Part shown: piece after piece, positions 47,349 to 56,824 of the stretch
Layout of the letters: every line of letters starts with the position of its first letter
Position numbering within the stretch: position 1 is the first letter of the stretch
NCBI GenBank assembly: GCA_002099625.1
Contig: GCA_002099625.1_4857.1
Source of the DNA: Escherichia coli
GTDB taxonomy: Bacteria; Pseudomonadota; Gammaproteobacteria; Enterobacterales; Enterobacteriaceae
DNA length: 64,000 nucleotides
Direction: 5' to 3' (one strand)
The notes under the pieces: generated by a model
Told to the model about the DNA's origin: nothing
Database searches by the model: none
What the model saw: the letters and a program-made list of their open reading frames with translations, nothing else
Made by a program: the position numbers and the translations under genes

Positions 47349-47830
47349 TGTTTCACCGTACGTAGAAATTGATAACGTGGGGTTTCTTCTGCCACAACAT
47401 CGAAAGATGGGATGCAAACAATCTTCCCATATCCATCGAGTTCTATACGTGGAGAAATCGTGATGGTGCCTGCACGCATCACTTCAATCGCTAACGCTTT
47501 GAGTGGGCCGTATGGTGTGAATTCACCGCGGAGTTGAAAGTAACCATCGACAACGCCATAGCAGACATTCGATACATAACCGCAAACGCGTACGAGTTCA
47601 ATACAACGTATCCGATCAATGGCGGCCTTTACTTCCCCGAACGATTGACACGGTTTAATCACAGGCGCGTCGAATTCACAGAAAACGTGTCCGCGACGTA
47701 ATGCTAACGATATCGTTTCGTCGGGACGGGCCGAGTCTTTAAATTCGTCGCACGGTATAGACAGTAGCAGTCCACTCGCGGATGCCACGGTTTGTGCGGG
47801 TATTTCCTTAACCTCGGTTTGTAGTTTCAT
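47345..47830 (-). CDS. hypothetical protein
   Basis: 161-aa ORF. Confidence 0.5.
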   Translation of the reverse strand: MKLQTEVKEIPAQTVASASGLLLSIPCDEFKDSARPDETISLALRRGHVFCEFDAPVIKPCQSFGEVKAAIDRIRCIELVRVCGYVSNVCYGVVDGYFQLRGEFTPYGPLKALAIEVMRAGTITISPRIELDGYGKIVCIPSFDVVAEETPRYQFLRTVKQ

Positions 47831-47920
47831 TTATTCACTCGATAATTAATGGGGTTAAAATCAAATCCATGTAACCTAGGGTCAATAGCGCCACTATCTC
47901 AATCGGCGTTAAATTCTCCA

Positions 47921-48130
47921 TTAATTTTCCTCTTTGAGTATCATGGCAACCGCTTTACGACACGCATCCACCGCATCAGGATAAGTGTCACTGTTCGGGT
48001 CCACACGGTCAATGCACATCCTAAACGTGCTGGTTGCGGTCTCTCGACGTTCCGCAGTACGAGTGCTGGTACTGATTGCGATATAAATACAAAACAGCAC
48101 CGCCGCGGCGATAGGCCAACGTAAGTTCAT
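47921..48130 (-). CDS. small membrane or secreted protein
   Basis: 69 aa; hydrophobic N-terminus MNLRWPIAAAVLFCIYIAIS. Confidence 0.45.
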   Translation of the reverse strand: MNLRWPIAAAVLFCIYIAISTSTRTAERRETATSTFRMCIDRVDPNSDTYPDAVDACRKAVAMILKEEN

Positions 48131-48828
48131 CAGTAATCCCCCGTTGCCCCTATCGCAGTCGCTACTTTACTGGCAACCTCGTCAACCGGAAGCACCACCT
48201 CGTCTTTCTTGCTCACAATCTCTGGCACTTCTTTGACATGTTCAACGGTCACGTCAAATTTCCGAGTATAACCAACAAGTAACTTTGCCATATCTGCACG
48301 ACTAACGAACTGTTGTTCTTCTGACAGATGCAACGACGTATCAAGTAGTCCGGAATGCATGAAGTTTTCAATGAGTTGGTCTTCTTCTGCTTTGAAGTCG
48401 TACCGCTCGTTCGGTGCAGCCACAAATGCATAACCGAAATACTTCCCCTCTTCCTGTTCAGGGCGTAACGATTTAACTAACTCCTCAGCGTGTTCACAGA
48501 AGTCCGCCAAAGTATAATCGTCAAGTGTGGCAACTGCGGTTTCTGTTACAATTTCACCGCTGTCGAGTTCGGTGAGGTGCATCACCCACAGGTGCCATGG
48601 GCGCGGTTGGTCGAACAATCCGCCGACTAACATGTCTGTGGCGATAGCACGAATACGTGGACTTGCTGTAAAGTGAAAACCGCGGCCCGCGTACGGGCCG
48701 AGACGGCGAATGGAGCTGCCAATAAAGGTGATGCGGTTCAGCGCGTTTTCAGCGATGGTGTGCGCTGTACGCTCTGTAGCAGCTTTTGGGTTATACTTTT
48801 TGTTACGGGGTTTCTTTTGCTTAGCCAT
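48130..48828 (-). CDS. hypothetical protein
   Basis: 232-aa ORF, basic N-terminus. Confidence 0.5.
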   Translation of the reverse strand: MAKQKKPRNKKYNPKAATERTAHTIAENALNRITFIGSSIRRLGPYAGRGFHFTASPRIRAIATDMLVGGLFDQPRPWHLWVMHLTELDSGEIVTETAVATLDDYTLADFCEHAEELVKSLRPEQEEGKYFGYAFVAAPNERYDFKAEEDQLIENFMHSGLLDTSLHLSEEQQFVSRADMAKLLVGYTRKFDVTVEHVKEVPEIVSKKDEVVLPVDEVASKVATAIGATGDY

Positions 48829-49298
48829 TACTTAAAAACCTTTTTACAGACAGTGTGGAATACTTTACGAATTTCGCGAAGAGTTTGTTCGGTATGCAGA
48901 TGCCGATACGTTATTTTCCATGCGTTATACGTGTTCTTCAGGGTGATCTCGCTGAGGTCGTAGACGAAATCCTCATCAGGGTACAAGAGTCTCGCCATGC
49001 ACAAATCCCACAGTGGCGGAATATCCGCTTTCATTAACTCAGCGACAAGCTCATGTGCTTTGTGTTCAAAGCCGATGCCAAGAACGAACACCACATGAAA
49101 TTCCCCCGGTGTGTTCTTTTTAGAATATGGTCCGTGTCCATGACACGACCACATTGTCGTGGCACCAGGATAACTACAAATGACCTCACACGCATCCCGT
49201 ACGCCTTTCTCAACCCAACCGTTTACGAGCGCCTTAGACGTTCGTAGTTTAAACCGACCCAGAACATCCAGGTCCACGCCACCGTATAAAACTGGCAT
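48828..49298 (-). CDS. hypothetical protein
   Basis: 156-aa ORF. Confidence 0.5.
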   Translation of the reverse strand: MPVLYGGVDLDVLGRFKLRTSKALVNGWVEKGVRDACEVICSYPGATTMWSCHGHGPYSKKNTPGEFHVVFVLGIGFEHKAHELVAELMKADIPPLWDLCMARLLYPDEDFVYDLSEITLKNTYNAWKITYRHLHTEQTLREIRKVFHTVCKKVFK

Positions 49299-49326
49299 CT
49301 TTAATTCTCCTTAAGGGTGTCTTCAT

Positions 49327-49779
49327 TTAATGGTTATGTTCTGTAAAAATTGCGAGTGCGAGCCAGTGCTCCATCACTCTTTCCATCACATCCGGGTCAG
49401 GTCGATAGTTGAGTCTAAACGTCCAGCTTGGATAACAGAGGTTCGCGTTGCCTTCTTGACGCAGCCAAGTAAAGTTTAACTGAAAACGTTTCCCGTATTC
49501 GTGCGGCTGCCATCCTTCTAATAAATGATTAATGTCTTTAAGACCCGCCTCGGTTGCCACAAATGTTAAGCTGTGGTGTCTACGTGTACGAAGCTTGTCT
49601 CCGTCTTTGCGAACTTCTCCCGTGAATGCCCAAACGGTTGCGATATTCGGCCATTCGCTAAATGCCCTAATGATTGCACGCGTTTTAACATCGACTGGTT
49701 TTTCAGCATCCAGCGCCCGGATTGTGCGCTGCTTGTACGCGGCCAATTCCGCATCATTGACGACTGAACATTGAAACAT
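49327..49779 (-). CDS. hypothetical protein
   Basis: 150-aa ORF. Confidence 0.5.
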   Translation of the reverse strand: MFQCSVVNDAELAAYKQRTIRALDAEKPVDVKTRAIIRAFSEWPNIATVWAFTGEVRKDGDKLRTRRHHSLTFVATEAGLKDINHLLEGWQPHEYGKRFQLNFTWLRQEGNANLCYPSWTFRLNYRPDPDVMERVMEHWLALAIFTEHNH

Positions 49780-49795
49780 GGTATACCCCCCAAAG

Positions 49796-49840
49796 GGTTA
49801 AAAATAAAAAGAACCCTACCTAACCGAAGTTAGGTAGGGG
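49796..49840 (-). terminator. rho-independent terminator (CUUCGG loop)
   Basis: CCCTACCTAAC-CGAA-GTTAGGTAGGG hairpin; minus-strand T-run GTTCTTTTTATTTTT. Confidence 0.55.
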
Positions 49841-49845
49841 ACTAT

Positions 49846-50151
49846 TTAAGCGACAACGCGTTTGCGTTTATCGACGACTTTCTTGGTTGCTTTCGCTACC
49901 TTCTTAGTGGCAGGGATGGTATCAACCGGGGTGTCGGCTACCAAGGCACGTTCTACGCCGTCTGCGCGGAGAACACGCAGATTCTTCGCCTGTGGTAAAC
50001 CTTTGAAAGTGATGGTCAAACCCGCGCGGAGACCTTGATACAGAAACCCTTGCAGGTTCAGTTTCTTGGTGGTTGCAGTGCTCTCACAACCTTTCTCCAC
50101 GTACAGCAGAGTCGTACCTGCACGTTTGACAATTGTGTATTGTTTAGCCAT
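49846..50151 (-). CDS. small basic protein (possible nucleic-acid binding)
   Basis: 101 aa; Lys-rich C-terminus ATKKVAKATKKVVDKRKRVVA. Confidence 0.5.
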   Translation of the reverse strand: MAKQYTIVKRAGTTLLYVEKGCESTATTKKLNLQGFLYQGLRAGLTITFKGLPQAKNLRVLRADGVERALVADTPVDTIPATKKVAKATKKVVDKRKRVVA

Positions 50152-50187
50152 CTACTTTTTCCTTTCTTTACAGTTAGGTTCAGTAAA

Positions 50188-50204
50188 ATAACATCTATCT
50201 GAAA
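50188..50204 (-). promoter_or_regulatory. conserved promoter-like box (copy 3 of 5)
   Basis: minus-strand TTTCAGATAGATGTTAT about 37 nt upstream of the start codon at 50151. Confidence 0.4.
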
Positions 50205-50213
50205 AGTCGTGCG

Positions 50214-50528
50214 TTAAACCACCATCTCTAAGCGCACATACTCCTTACGGCTAGGATGTACCTGCGCCCTAATCCGATGATGCACACGGTCGATGAGTAG
50301 CGTTTCGTTTACGCGCGGAATAAACCGAAATACGTTTAACAGTAACGTGAACTCAACACCCGTCACAATATTAGACAGTGTCATTAGTTCTTCGCCGATA
50401 CCTTTAACTTCTGCAACCACGGAACGATCGTGTACCTCACCACCTAACGGGGGTGTGAACGCCCGAATAAAACGGACGTGCAGTTCCTGGTGCGTCAGTG
50501 TGGGCTCAATGGGGTTTAGGTTCGACAT
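50214..50528 (-). CDS. hypothetical protein
   Basis: ORF 50214-50765 trimmed to internal ATG (MSNLNPIEP) with AGGA RBS; the 5' part of the long ORF overlaps out of frame with the better-supported gene 50506-50823. Confidence 0.4.
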   Translation of the reverse strand: MSNLNPIEPTLTHQELHVRFIRAFTPPLGGEVHDRSVVAEVKGIGEELMTLSNIVTGVEFTLLLNVFRFIPRVNETLLIDRVHHRIRAQVHPSRKEYVRLEMVV

Positions 50529-50823
50529 GAAGCTGTCCTGGGGCATACGCGGTACCTTTTTCATTGGTTGTGTTAGCAACGCACCACATCCACTGTTTAG
50601 TTTCTTTGTCTTGCCAAGAAAACAAGATAGAACCCTCGCGGATTTCAGACGCATCAACTTCGGGATGGAATAACATGAATTCGTTTTCATCGTTGTCCAC
50701 CACGACATACTGCCCTTCTTCCATACGGTCGAAGTTAGCGACACCAACGGTAATCGGTTCCGCATCGACAGAAAGGGTCACTTCACGTTTTGGCAGGTCA
50801 CGATGAATAGCACTTAACCACAT
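50506..50823 (-). CDS. hypothetical protein
   Basis: 105-aa ORF with AAAGAGGAA RBS and ATG. Confidence 0.5.
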   Translation of the reverse strand: MWLSAIHRDLPKREVTLSVDAEPITVGVANFDRMEEGQYVVVDNDENEFMLFHPEVDASEIREGSILFSWQDKETKQWMWCVANTTNEKGTAYAPGQLHVEPKPH

Positions 50824-50919
50824 TCTCTTAATTCCTCTTTACGTGGGTTGTTTCACATAAGTTAGTGGACTGATGTAAATAAAAAGGGACCTCCTCACCC
50901 GTGGGCAAGGAGGCGGGCC

Positions 50920-51414
50920 TTACAGTTGGTTTTCTTCACGGTCGTCTGTCAGGACGGCAGCACAGATAAAGCGTGCGAGTTTCAATTTCGCAGCTGCAGT
51001 CTCCTCTGCAGACGGATTCGGGTCAACCGGCGCAGCCAAATCGACATCTGCCAGCTCTTCCGCGTATTTCTCAGCAGCTTCATCGAAGCCTGCACGGATA
51101 CCTGCCAGAAGGTCTTGTACTTCATCACTTGGCACAGGACCATCGATAAGAATCTTCTGAGCATCTGATGGCTCTACATCGGCAAAGTTCATTTCGTTCA
51201 ACATGCCAATGCGTTCTGCGTTAGAGGTGATGAGTTGTGCCAACAGTTTTTCAAAACGGTTGATATGTTCATCGTCCAACGGTTGACCGGTCAGTAGCTC
51301 GTAGTAGCGGGCCATAAGTGTGTTCGCGTCGGCCCCTTCCTCATGACGCACGCCTAAATCAAAATCGTGCTGAGGGAGCTGACCTAATTCGATCATATCC
51401 ATAGTTAACCTCAA
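50920..51414 (-). CDS. strongly acidic hypothetical protein
   Basis: 164 aa, Asp/Glu-rich throughout. Confidence 0.5.
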   Translation of the reverse strand: MRLTMDMIELGQLPQHDFDLGVRHEEGADANTLMARYYELLTGQPLDDEHINRFEKLLAQLITSNAERIGMLNEMNFADVEPSDAQKILIDGPVPSDEVQDLLAGIRAGFDEAAEKYAEELADVDLAAPVDPNPSAEETAAAKLKLARFICAAVLTDDREENQL

Positions 51415-51442
51415 CGGTGTTTAAGGGTCATACAATGACGAA

Positions 51443-51733
51443 TTACGCCGTTACCGGAACAGGGGTGATTAACAGCTCCCCTTCCACCTCACGTAACTGA
51501 TAACCGTGCATAACGTTGTAGGATTTAATGCCGTCGCGTTGTTTGGCTTTCGCGACGAGTTTTTCCAACACGCGGCTATGTGCACGAGTCATCTCTTCTT
51601 TCGAATAAACAACTTGGAGTACGTGCTGTTCGTCAATAACGGCACGGAACTGCAGTACATCACCGTCTTCAACGTTGTAAACGACTTCTTTAGACTTCGA
51701 CACTGTACGATTAATTTGCATTATTTTCTCCAT
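51443..51733 (-). CDS. hypothetical protein
   Basis: 96-aa ORF. Confidence 0.45.
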   Translation of the reverse strand: MEKIMQINRTVSKSKEVVYNVEDGDVLQFRAVIDEQHVLQVVYSKEEMTRAHSRVLEKLVAKAKQRDGIKSYNVMHGYQLREVEGELLITPVPVTA

Positions 51734-52523
51734 TAGTAGTTTTCAGGGCACGTCCGTAGACATAACTTTCGGGTAGCCAACCGTTTTCTAATAACCACAT
51801 TGCGGCAGGCCCCCCAGTATATTGGTGGTAGGTGTAAATCAGTTCATCCCCCACCGGTATTTCAGACTGGATACAGTGCATCAACAGCCCGAACTCCTCT
51901 CGGCTTAGAGTAACCACCCCTTCTGCGGTAAACCATCCACCGATAACCCAGCGATGCCCACGGTGCGAAAGCACTGTCAACTTGTAGCTATCAGCGTTTC
52001 GCCACGACATCAGCCTCCCGCCCGTAACGAGCGTTGAGTAGATAGAGCTTGTACCGTAAAGCATTCTAACCCAATCCAAGAACGCTTTCTTACTATCGAA
52101 CAACGAACTGACATCCCCACAGAAATCCTCATCGTGGCTAGGCACCGATGAATTAATTTTGCGGTAGTTTATCGTTTCGCAACAAAAGCCCATGCGAGCA
52201 TATTCGTCCCCTTCCGAACGAGTAAAATGCATCGCGTAGTTACACCCCGCTGAGCGGAGTAAAGCATCCGCAAGCGAGGTTAACTGGGCGTCTAAAGCAC
52301 GAACCATGTTGATAACTTCTAACATGTATCCGTGGTCCAGACAGAGCACGATCGCGTCAGGCGCAACCGTGTCCCGACTGAATACTTCAAAGATTCGGTA
52401 GTAAAGACGGCGTTCATCTTGTAACGTGGAAGGATCGATATCATTTAACAACGATAACGCTTTACGGTCTTCCAACCACGTTCGGTCCAGAATCCTCTCC
52501 GTGCGTTCGATAACTCTCAGCAT
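51711..52523 (-). CDS. hypothetical protein
   Basis: 270-aa ORF. Confidence 0.5.
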   Translation of the reverse strand: MLRVIERTERILDRTWLEDRKALSLLNDIDPSTLQDERRLYYRIFEVFSRDTVAPDAIVLCLDHGYMLEVINMVRALDAQLTSLADALLRSAGCNYAMHFTRSEGDEYARMGFCCETINYRKINSSVPSHDEDFCGDVSSLFDSKKAFLDWVRMLYGTSSIYSTLVTGGRLMSWRNADSYKLTVLSHRGHRWVIGGWFTAEGVVTLSREEFGLLMHCIQSEIPVGDELIYTYHQYTGGPAAMWLLENGWLPESYVYGRALKTTNGENNAN

Positions 52524-52532
52524 ATTCTCTCC

Positions 52533-53336
52533 TTACGCAAGGGTGTAGTGATGTGTGATTACACGATACTCCAACCCTTCGATAGAAGGAAACTCGTGCT
52601 CTATCGCAACGCCCATGTTGACCTTTTTACCTTTCTGTCCCGCCAAATGCAAAATAGCGTGGTAGTGTTTTAGAAACTCTACCGAGTAAGCAACCGGGTC
52701 AAAAGTTTGGCAGCAGAATTGCTCAGTAATGATGCTCTTCGGGAATTCCTTATAAAGCATTAATGAAAACGGTTTCTGGCCGTGCAACCCCACGAACGCA
52801 GAGACAAAACCATTTGCTAATTCACCCAACATCTCACGCGTTCCTGCGTCTTTTAGCGTAGGTCGCATTAGATAGCAAACATCCTGGGTTTGTTCTAATG
52901 ACAATGTCTCCAACGGGACAACCGATGGGTCTGACGTAAAACCGTATTTCGGACTGACAGTAATCTCCACACGCTTCGTTACAGCTTCGAACCCCAGGCG
53001 CTGGTATAGTGCTGCGTGCTCAGTGTCGTGCGGAAAGCAGGTAATATCGAGCATCTGCACTTCCAGGAGTCGCGTTAAACGCTTCCACTCGTGGAACAGG
53101 GGCTCGGAGAGCACGTGAAGCTCGTAGATGTAGTAAACAATACCTGAACGACATCCACGAAAATACATTTGCGCACGACCGCTATTGCTCAACACTAACC
53201 AATGATCGTCTTCTTGGTCTGCGACGGGTCGCAAATCTTGAATCCGTTCGCGGAGTTGCCCCAAGGTGGTCAACCGACCACTAAACTCTACGGTCAGGTC
53301 GTTTTTGTCCATACCGTATAGATTAAATAGTTGCAT
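52533..53336 (-). CDS. hypothetical protein
   Basis: 267-aa ORF. Confidence 0.5.
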   Translation of the reverse strand: MQLFNLYGMDKNDLTVEFSGRLTTLGQLRERIQDLRPVADQEDDHWLVLSNSGRAQMYFRGCRSGIVYYIYELHVLSEPLFHEWKRLTRLLEVQMLDITCFPHDTEHAALYQRLGFEAVTKRVEITVSPKYGFTSDPSVVPLETLSLEQTQDVCYLMRPTLKDAGTREMLGELANGFVSAFVGLHGQKPFSLMLYKEFPKSIITEQFCCQTFDPVAYSVEFLKHYHAILHLAGQKGKKVNMGVAIEHEFPSIEGLEYRVITHHYTLA

Positions 53337-53345
53337 GTTGGTACC

Positions 53346-54164
53346 TTATAAGGTGCCGATTAGCTCCGTCACCGCTTTACGCTTATTCGCATCCGCAGAC
53401 ATATATCGACCTACTTGAACTTCGCGCCAAGTAAAGCCGTAATAAATATCGCGTGTGAGTAACGTATCTGCGTTTGACAGAACGACCTTATTGCCATCGG
53501 CAGCTTGTTGTTTTAAAAGTTTCGCTAACTCGCGGTGGTCAGCTTGTGAAAATTCTTTGCTGTGATACTGCGCGTGTTTAGCCGTATCCGAAAGTGGGAT
53601 GTAGGGCGGGTCGGCGTATATCACAGCGTTAGATGGGCACTTATTTAGGATGTCGCGGAAGTCCGCGCAGAGCAGCTCGACGTTGGTTTCCGAACAACGT
53701 TTTGCCCACGCCAGAATTTCCTCTTCAGGGAAATAGACACCGTTCGGGTGTTGACCATAGGGCACGTTAAACCCACCCGACTGATTGTATCTGCACAAAC
53801 CATTGTAACCATGACGTGTAAGATACAGGAACATCGCGGCGCGCTGGAGATTAGGTTTCCCCGTGGTTGCTTCGCTGTTAAATCCCTCGCGTCGTTCCAT
53901 GTAGAGACCGCGGTCCGTCCCATTTGCAAAGAGCGCCTTTGCTTCCAGAATCAGCGCTTCCGGACGATCGCGCGCCATGGTCAGTAACTCGATTAAGTCC
54001 GGGTTCGTGTCGCCGAGAATATAGTTCGGGTATTTAGTGTTTAAAAACACTGACCCTGCGCCCACAAAAGGTTCAACGAAATACTCAGCATCCGGAAACA
54101 CCTGTAGCAGCTCGGGCAGTACACGACTCTTACCACCCATCCATTTTAAAATTGGTTTTATCAC
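53346..54164 (-). CDS. dam: DNA adenine (GATC-type) N6-methyltransferase, Dam family
   Basis: 272 aa; LKWMGGKS, FVEPFVGAGSVFLNT (SAM-binding motif I), LYLTRHGYNGLCRYN and DPPY (motif IV) align closely with E. coli Dam; apparent GTG start. Confidence 0.85.
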   Translation of the reverse strand: MIKPILKWMGGKSRVLPELLQVFPDAEYFVEPFVGAGSVFLNTKYPNYILGDTNPDLIELLTMARDRPEALILEAKALFANGTDRGLYMERREGFNSEATTGKPNLQRAAMFLYLTRHGYNGLCRYNQSGGFNVPYGQHPNGVYFPEEEILAWAKRCSETNVELLCADFRDILNKCPSNAVIYADPPYIPLSDTAKHAQYHSKEFSQADHRELAKLLKQQAADGNKVVLSNADTLLTRDIYYGFTWREVQVGRYMSADANKRKAVTELIGTL

Positions 54165-54167
54165 CCG

Positions 54168-55169
54168 TTAACATCCTCTCATGCCAGATTGAAACATATC
54201 ACTGATAGTCAGCCTGGTTGTAGTCTCCACCGGAATGCTAGGTTCTTCTTTCAGCACTCGATCGGCGCGGTTCCCATTCACCCGTTTCCAGCTAATAAGT
54301 TCAGGATCGCGTTTCAACGTTAGTGTACGCAGTACCTGCTTGCAACGTAAGATGTTACCGTACAGGTGATTTGCTGGATTATTATCAGCAGCTGTTTCAA
54401 TATAGACTTGGTCGGAATGACGTTGTGCGAAATCGAATAGCGCGCCCATTAGCCGGCGGCCAATGCCACGTTTACGGTGCGTGGGTGCAACGGTTAAACC
54501 AGAAAGTTCAACGACGCCTGGTGTAACCAAGCGCATCTGGGCAATACCGACGATATCATGGCCGTCTCGCCAAATTGCAGTCTCCACATTAGCGTGCTGA
54601 ATTCTTGCTATTACTGTTTCTGCTAACGGACCAATGTGTGTATAGTAGCCACGCATATCGTATTCTAGCTCTTCGCAAATTGCACCGCTAATCAAATTCA
54701 GGATAACGTCTTTATCTTCCTTGGTAAGTTCTGCGTATGCATCACCAGAAATAATCTTGATTTCTGATGCGGTGATTACTTTGTCAAACAGTTTAGAATG
54801 ACATGCCCAAACGATATCTGAAAGAACAAACCCTTTTTCGACCAGTTTTTGTTCAACATCGTCAGTAGGTGCTGGGCACGACATATATTCGAATCCGGTA
54901 TGGTCGAGCACAAGGGCCAAACCAACTTTATCGAATGCCCCAGGTACAAACTCCTCAAAATAGTGACAGGTTAGCGTAGGGTCACCGTGTCGATAGGTGG
55001 CCACTAAATAACCCTCCCAGGTTTCTTTATTCTTCACCACGTAAACAGAATAAGTCTCGTCCTTTAGAAACTCTTTTAGGCGGCGTGCTCGTACAGTATC
55101 GCTACCGACGTTATTTCGGAACTCGGCAGTGCGGATGCTGGTGCGAAACAATTTAGCCACAGTTTTCAT
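54168..55169 (-). CDS. protein with C-terminal GNAT acetyltransferase domain
   Basis: ORF 54168-55292 trimmed to ATG 55169 (MKTVAKLF) with GAGGG RBS; acetyl-CoA-binding motif HRKRGIGRRLMGALFDFAQRH. Confidence 0.65.
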   Translation of the reverse strand: MKTVAKLFRTSIRTAEFRNNVGSDTVRARRLKEFLKDETYSVYVVKNKETWEGYLVATYRHGDPTLTCHYFEEFVPGAFDKVGLALVLDHTGFEYMSCPAPTDDVEQKLVEKGFVLSDIVWACHSKLFDKVITASEIKIISGDAYAELTKEDKDVILNLISGAICEELEYDMRGYYTHIGPLAETVIARIQHANVETAIWRDGHDIVGIAQMRLVTPGVVELSGLTVAPTHRKRGIGRRLMGALFDFAQRHSDQVYIETAADNNPANHLYGNILRCKQVLRTLTLKRDPELISWKRVNGNRADRVLKEEPSIPVETTTRLTISDMFQSGMRGC

Positions 55170-55217
55170 TGTAATGCCCTCAAAAGGTATTGCTGTCACA
55201 ACATGAGGATAATGCGT

Positions 55218-55255
55218 AAAAAGACAAAAAATTAAGGGGTCCGAAGACCCCTTAA
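55218..55255 (-). terminator. rho-independent terminator (CUUCGG loop)
   Basis: TTAAGGGGTC-CGAA-GACCCCTTAA hairpin; minus-strand T-run TTTTTTGTCTTTTT. Confidence 0.55.
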
Positions 55256-55258
55256 TGA

Positions 55259-55915
55259 TTACAGTTCCGGTTTGGAGACAAGCGTCGTCCAAGTTTCGGA
55301 ATGTTTGACACTGACGTGTGCTAGGCGATTCACCATGAACGCAAATTTGTCCATATGTTTCTGCACTTCGTTATCAGTCAGATTGCCAGCGATAACTTTA
55401 CCGTCTTTGGTCAGCACGATATAGCCGTGGTTGTTGTCTACCGTAGTGAACGCCACATCAATCGTAACCGGGTAAAGTTTCACCAGCGTCGGCAGAATGT
55501 GGCCAACACGATCGGCCATACCCGCAAGCTGGCCACAAAGGTCGGCTTTATCCTGCATGAACAAACGCAACATCGCTACTGCAAACACCGGATAGATGTT
55601 TTCGATTTGCGTGTCGTAACGAGACAGGCCGATAACTTCATCACCGCGGGTTAGCACCATGTTGTTCAGATGCGCTCCTTTATAGATGGTAAAGCGTACG
55701 TCGCTACCAAGGTTAACCGAAACGATTTCCTGACCAAGGTCAATCGGAAATTCACGTTCGATGTGAATCGTTTTCAGACGCTCACTGATCGGTACAATCA
55801 CATCCGGCTTCGGAATGCTAGATGTACGCGTGGATTCAGTAGTGCGCGTTTTTGTGGATTTAACCGCGCTGCTTGCCATTGAATCTTTTGCTACAGTTTT
55901 AGGGGCCTTCGCCAT
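55259..55915 (-). CDS. hypothetical protein
   Basis: 218-aa ORF; Ser/Thr/Lys-rich N-terminus. Confidence 0.5.
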   Translation of the reverse strand: MAKAPKTVAKDSMASSAVKSTKTRTTESTRTSSIPKPDVIVPISERLKTIHIEREFPIDLGQEIVSVNLGSDVRFTIYKGAHLNNMVLTRGDEVIGLSRYDTQIENIYPVFAVAMLRLFMQDKADLCGQLAGMADRVGHILPTLVKLYPVTIDVAFTTVDNNHGYIVLTKDGKVIAGNLTDNEVQKHMDKFAFMVNRLAHVSVKHSETWTTLVSKPEL

Positions 55916-55941
55916 GGTATACTCCTTAAGGTTTACACTAG

Positions 55942-56328
55942 TTAATCCCAGAAAGCTGCTTCTGGAAAGTCGTGTTCAAATGCCCGACGGTCATTCTCTA
56001 CACGGTTTAAATGTGTCGGTAAAGACACGCAGTTATTACAGATACAAAGTTCTTTATCCCCTTGACTGGGGTCAAAGTCGTACCATTTCCATTCAACGGT
56101 ATCTCGTTTCGGGAAGGTACCTTTGCAGTCGTCGCAGACCACTTCTTCAGCTGCAATTTCAGCCTGCAGTTTTTCCCAGCAGTTCTCGCACATGTAGTAC
56201 GTTTCGCGGCCCCATGGGTCGCACTCTGCCGTATAACGTGGAGCTATAGAGCCCACTTTAAGATGTTTACATCGTTCATCCTCTTCCGTCATCACGCGAC
56301 GGGTGATACCATTTACAAACCAATTCAT
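55942..56328 (-). CDS. Cys-rich zinc-ribbon-type protein
   Basis: 128 aa; several CxxC pairs (CENCWEKL, CDDCKG, CICNNC). Confidence 0.5.
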   Translation of the reverse strand: MNWFVNGITRRVMTEEDERCKHLKVGSIAPRYTAECDPWGRETYYMCENCWEKLQAEIAAEEVVCDDCKGTFPKRDTVEWKWYDFDPSQGDKELCICNNCVSLPTHLNRVENDRRAFEHDFPEAAFWD

Positions 56329-56339
56329 ACGTTTGCTCC

Positions 56340-56705
56340 CTACATCACTGCAGAAGGTTTACGTGCCATGACTTTAAGTCCCGTATCTCGTACCCGGATA
56401 GGACAATTATTCATGTAATCAATGCAGGATTCAATTTTGAAGCTGTGTCGACATTTACCGTTGATGGAACGGTAGACGATTTCGTAATTCAGGCGCAGTG
56501 TATCGGCAACCCGCATTAACGTTTCAATAGTCACGGCCTTCTCACGTTCATTTTTAATCGCAGATATTTGTGACGGCGAGCAACCTACTAATAACGCAAC
56601 GTCTTTCTGCGTAACGTCCTTCGCAGTAACACGTGTAATAATGTAAGAAAGACGAACCAAAAACGCTTTCTTTGCCAACACAACTGTTTGATGTTTAAAA
56701 CGCAT
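56340..56705 (-). CDS. helix-turn-helix DNA-binding protein (putative transcriptional regulator)
   Basis: 121 aa; TQKDVALLVGCSPSQISAIKN matches an XRE-type HTH pattern; promoter-like box upstream. Confidence 0.55.
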   Translation of the reverse strand: MRFKHQTVVLAKKAFLVRLSYIITRVTAKDVTQKDVALLVGCSPSQISAIKNEREKAVTIETLMRVADTLRLNYEIVYRSINGKCRHSFKIESCIDYMNNCPIRVRDTGLKVMARKPSAVM

Positions 56706-56762
56706 TAGAATACTCCTTTAGATTAATAGTCGATTAGAGAGTTTAGTAGTAACTCTCACCTA

Positions 56763-56779
56763 GGTAATATATATCTGAA
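56763..56779 (-). promoter_or_regulatory. conserved promoter-like box (copy 4 of 5)
   Basis: minus-strand TTTCAGATATATATTAC about 58 nt upstream of the start at 56705; the whole leader is near-identical to the leader of gene 34306-34752. Confidence 0.4.
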
Positions 56780-56824
56780 ATTTAGTGGACTGGAAGCAAA
56801 AAAGCATAAGACTGTTCTGATCTG

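Noticed and set aside
50885-50920. Possible terminator hairpin after gene 50920-51414
   Set aside because: Only a 5-bp CCTCC/GGAGG stem with a long loop could be drawn; a T-run is present but the hairpin is too weak to call.
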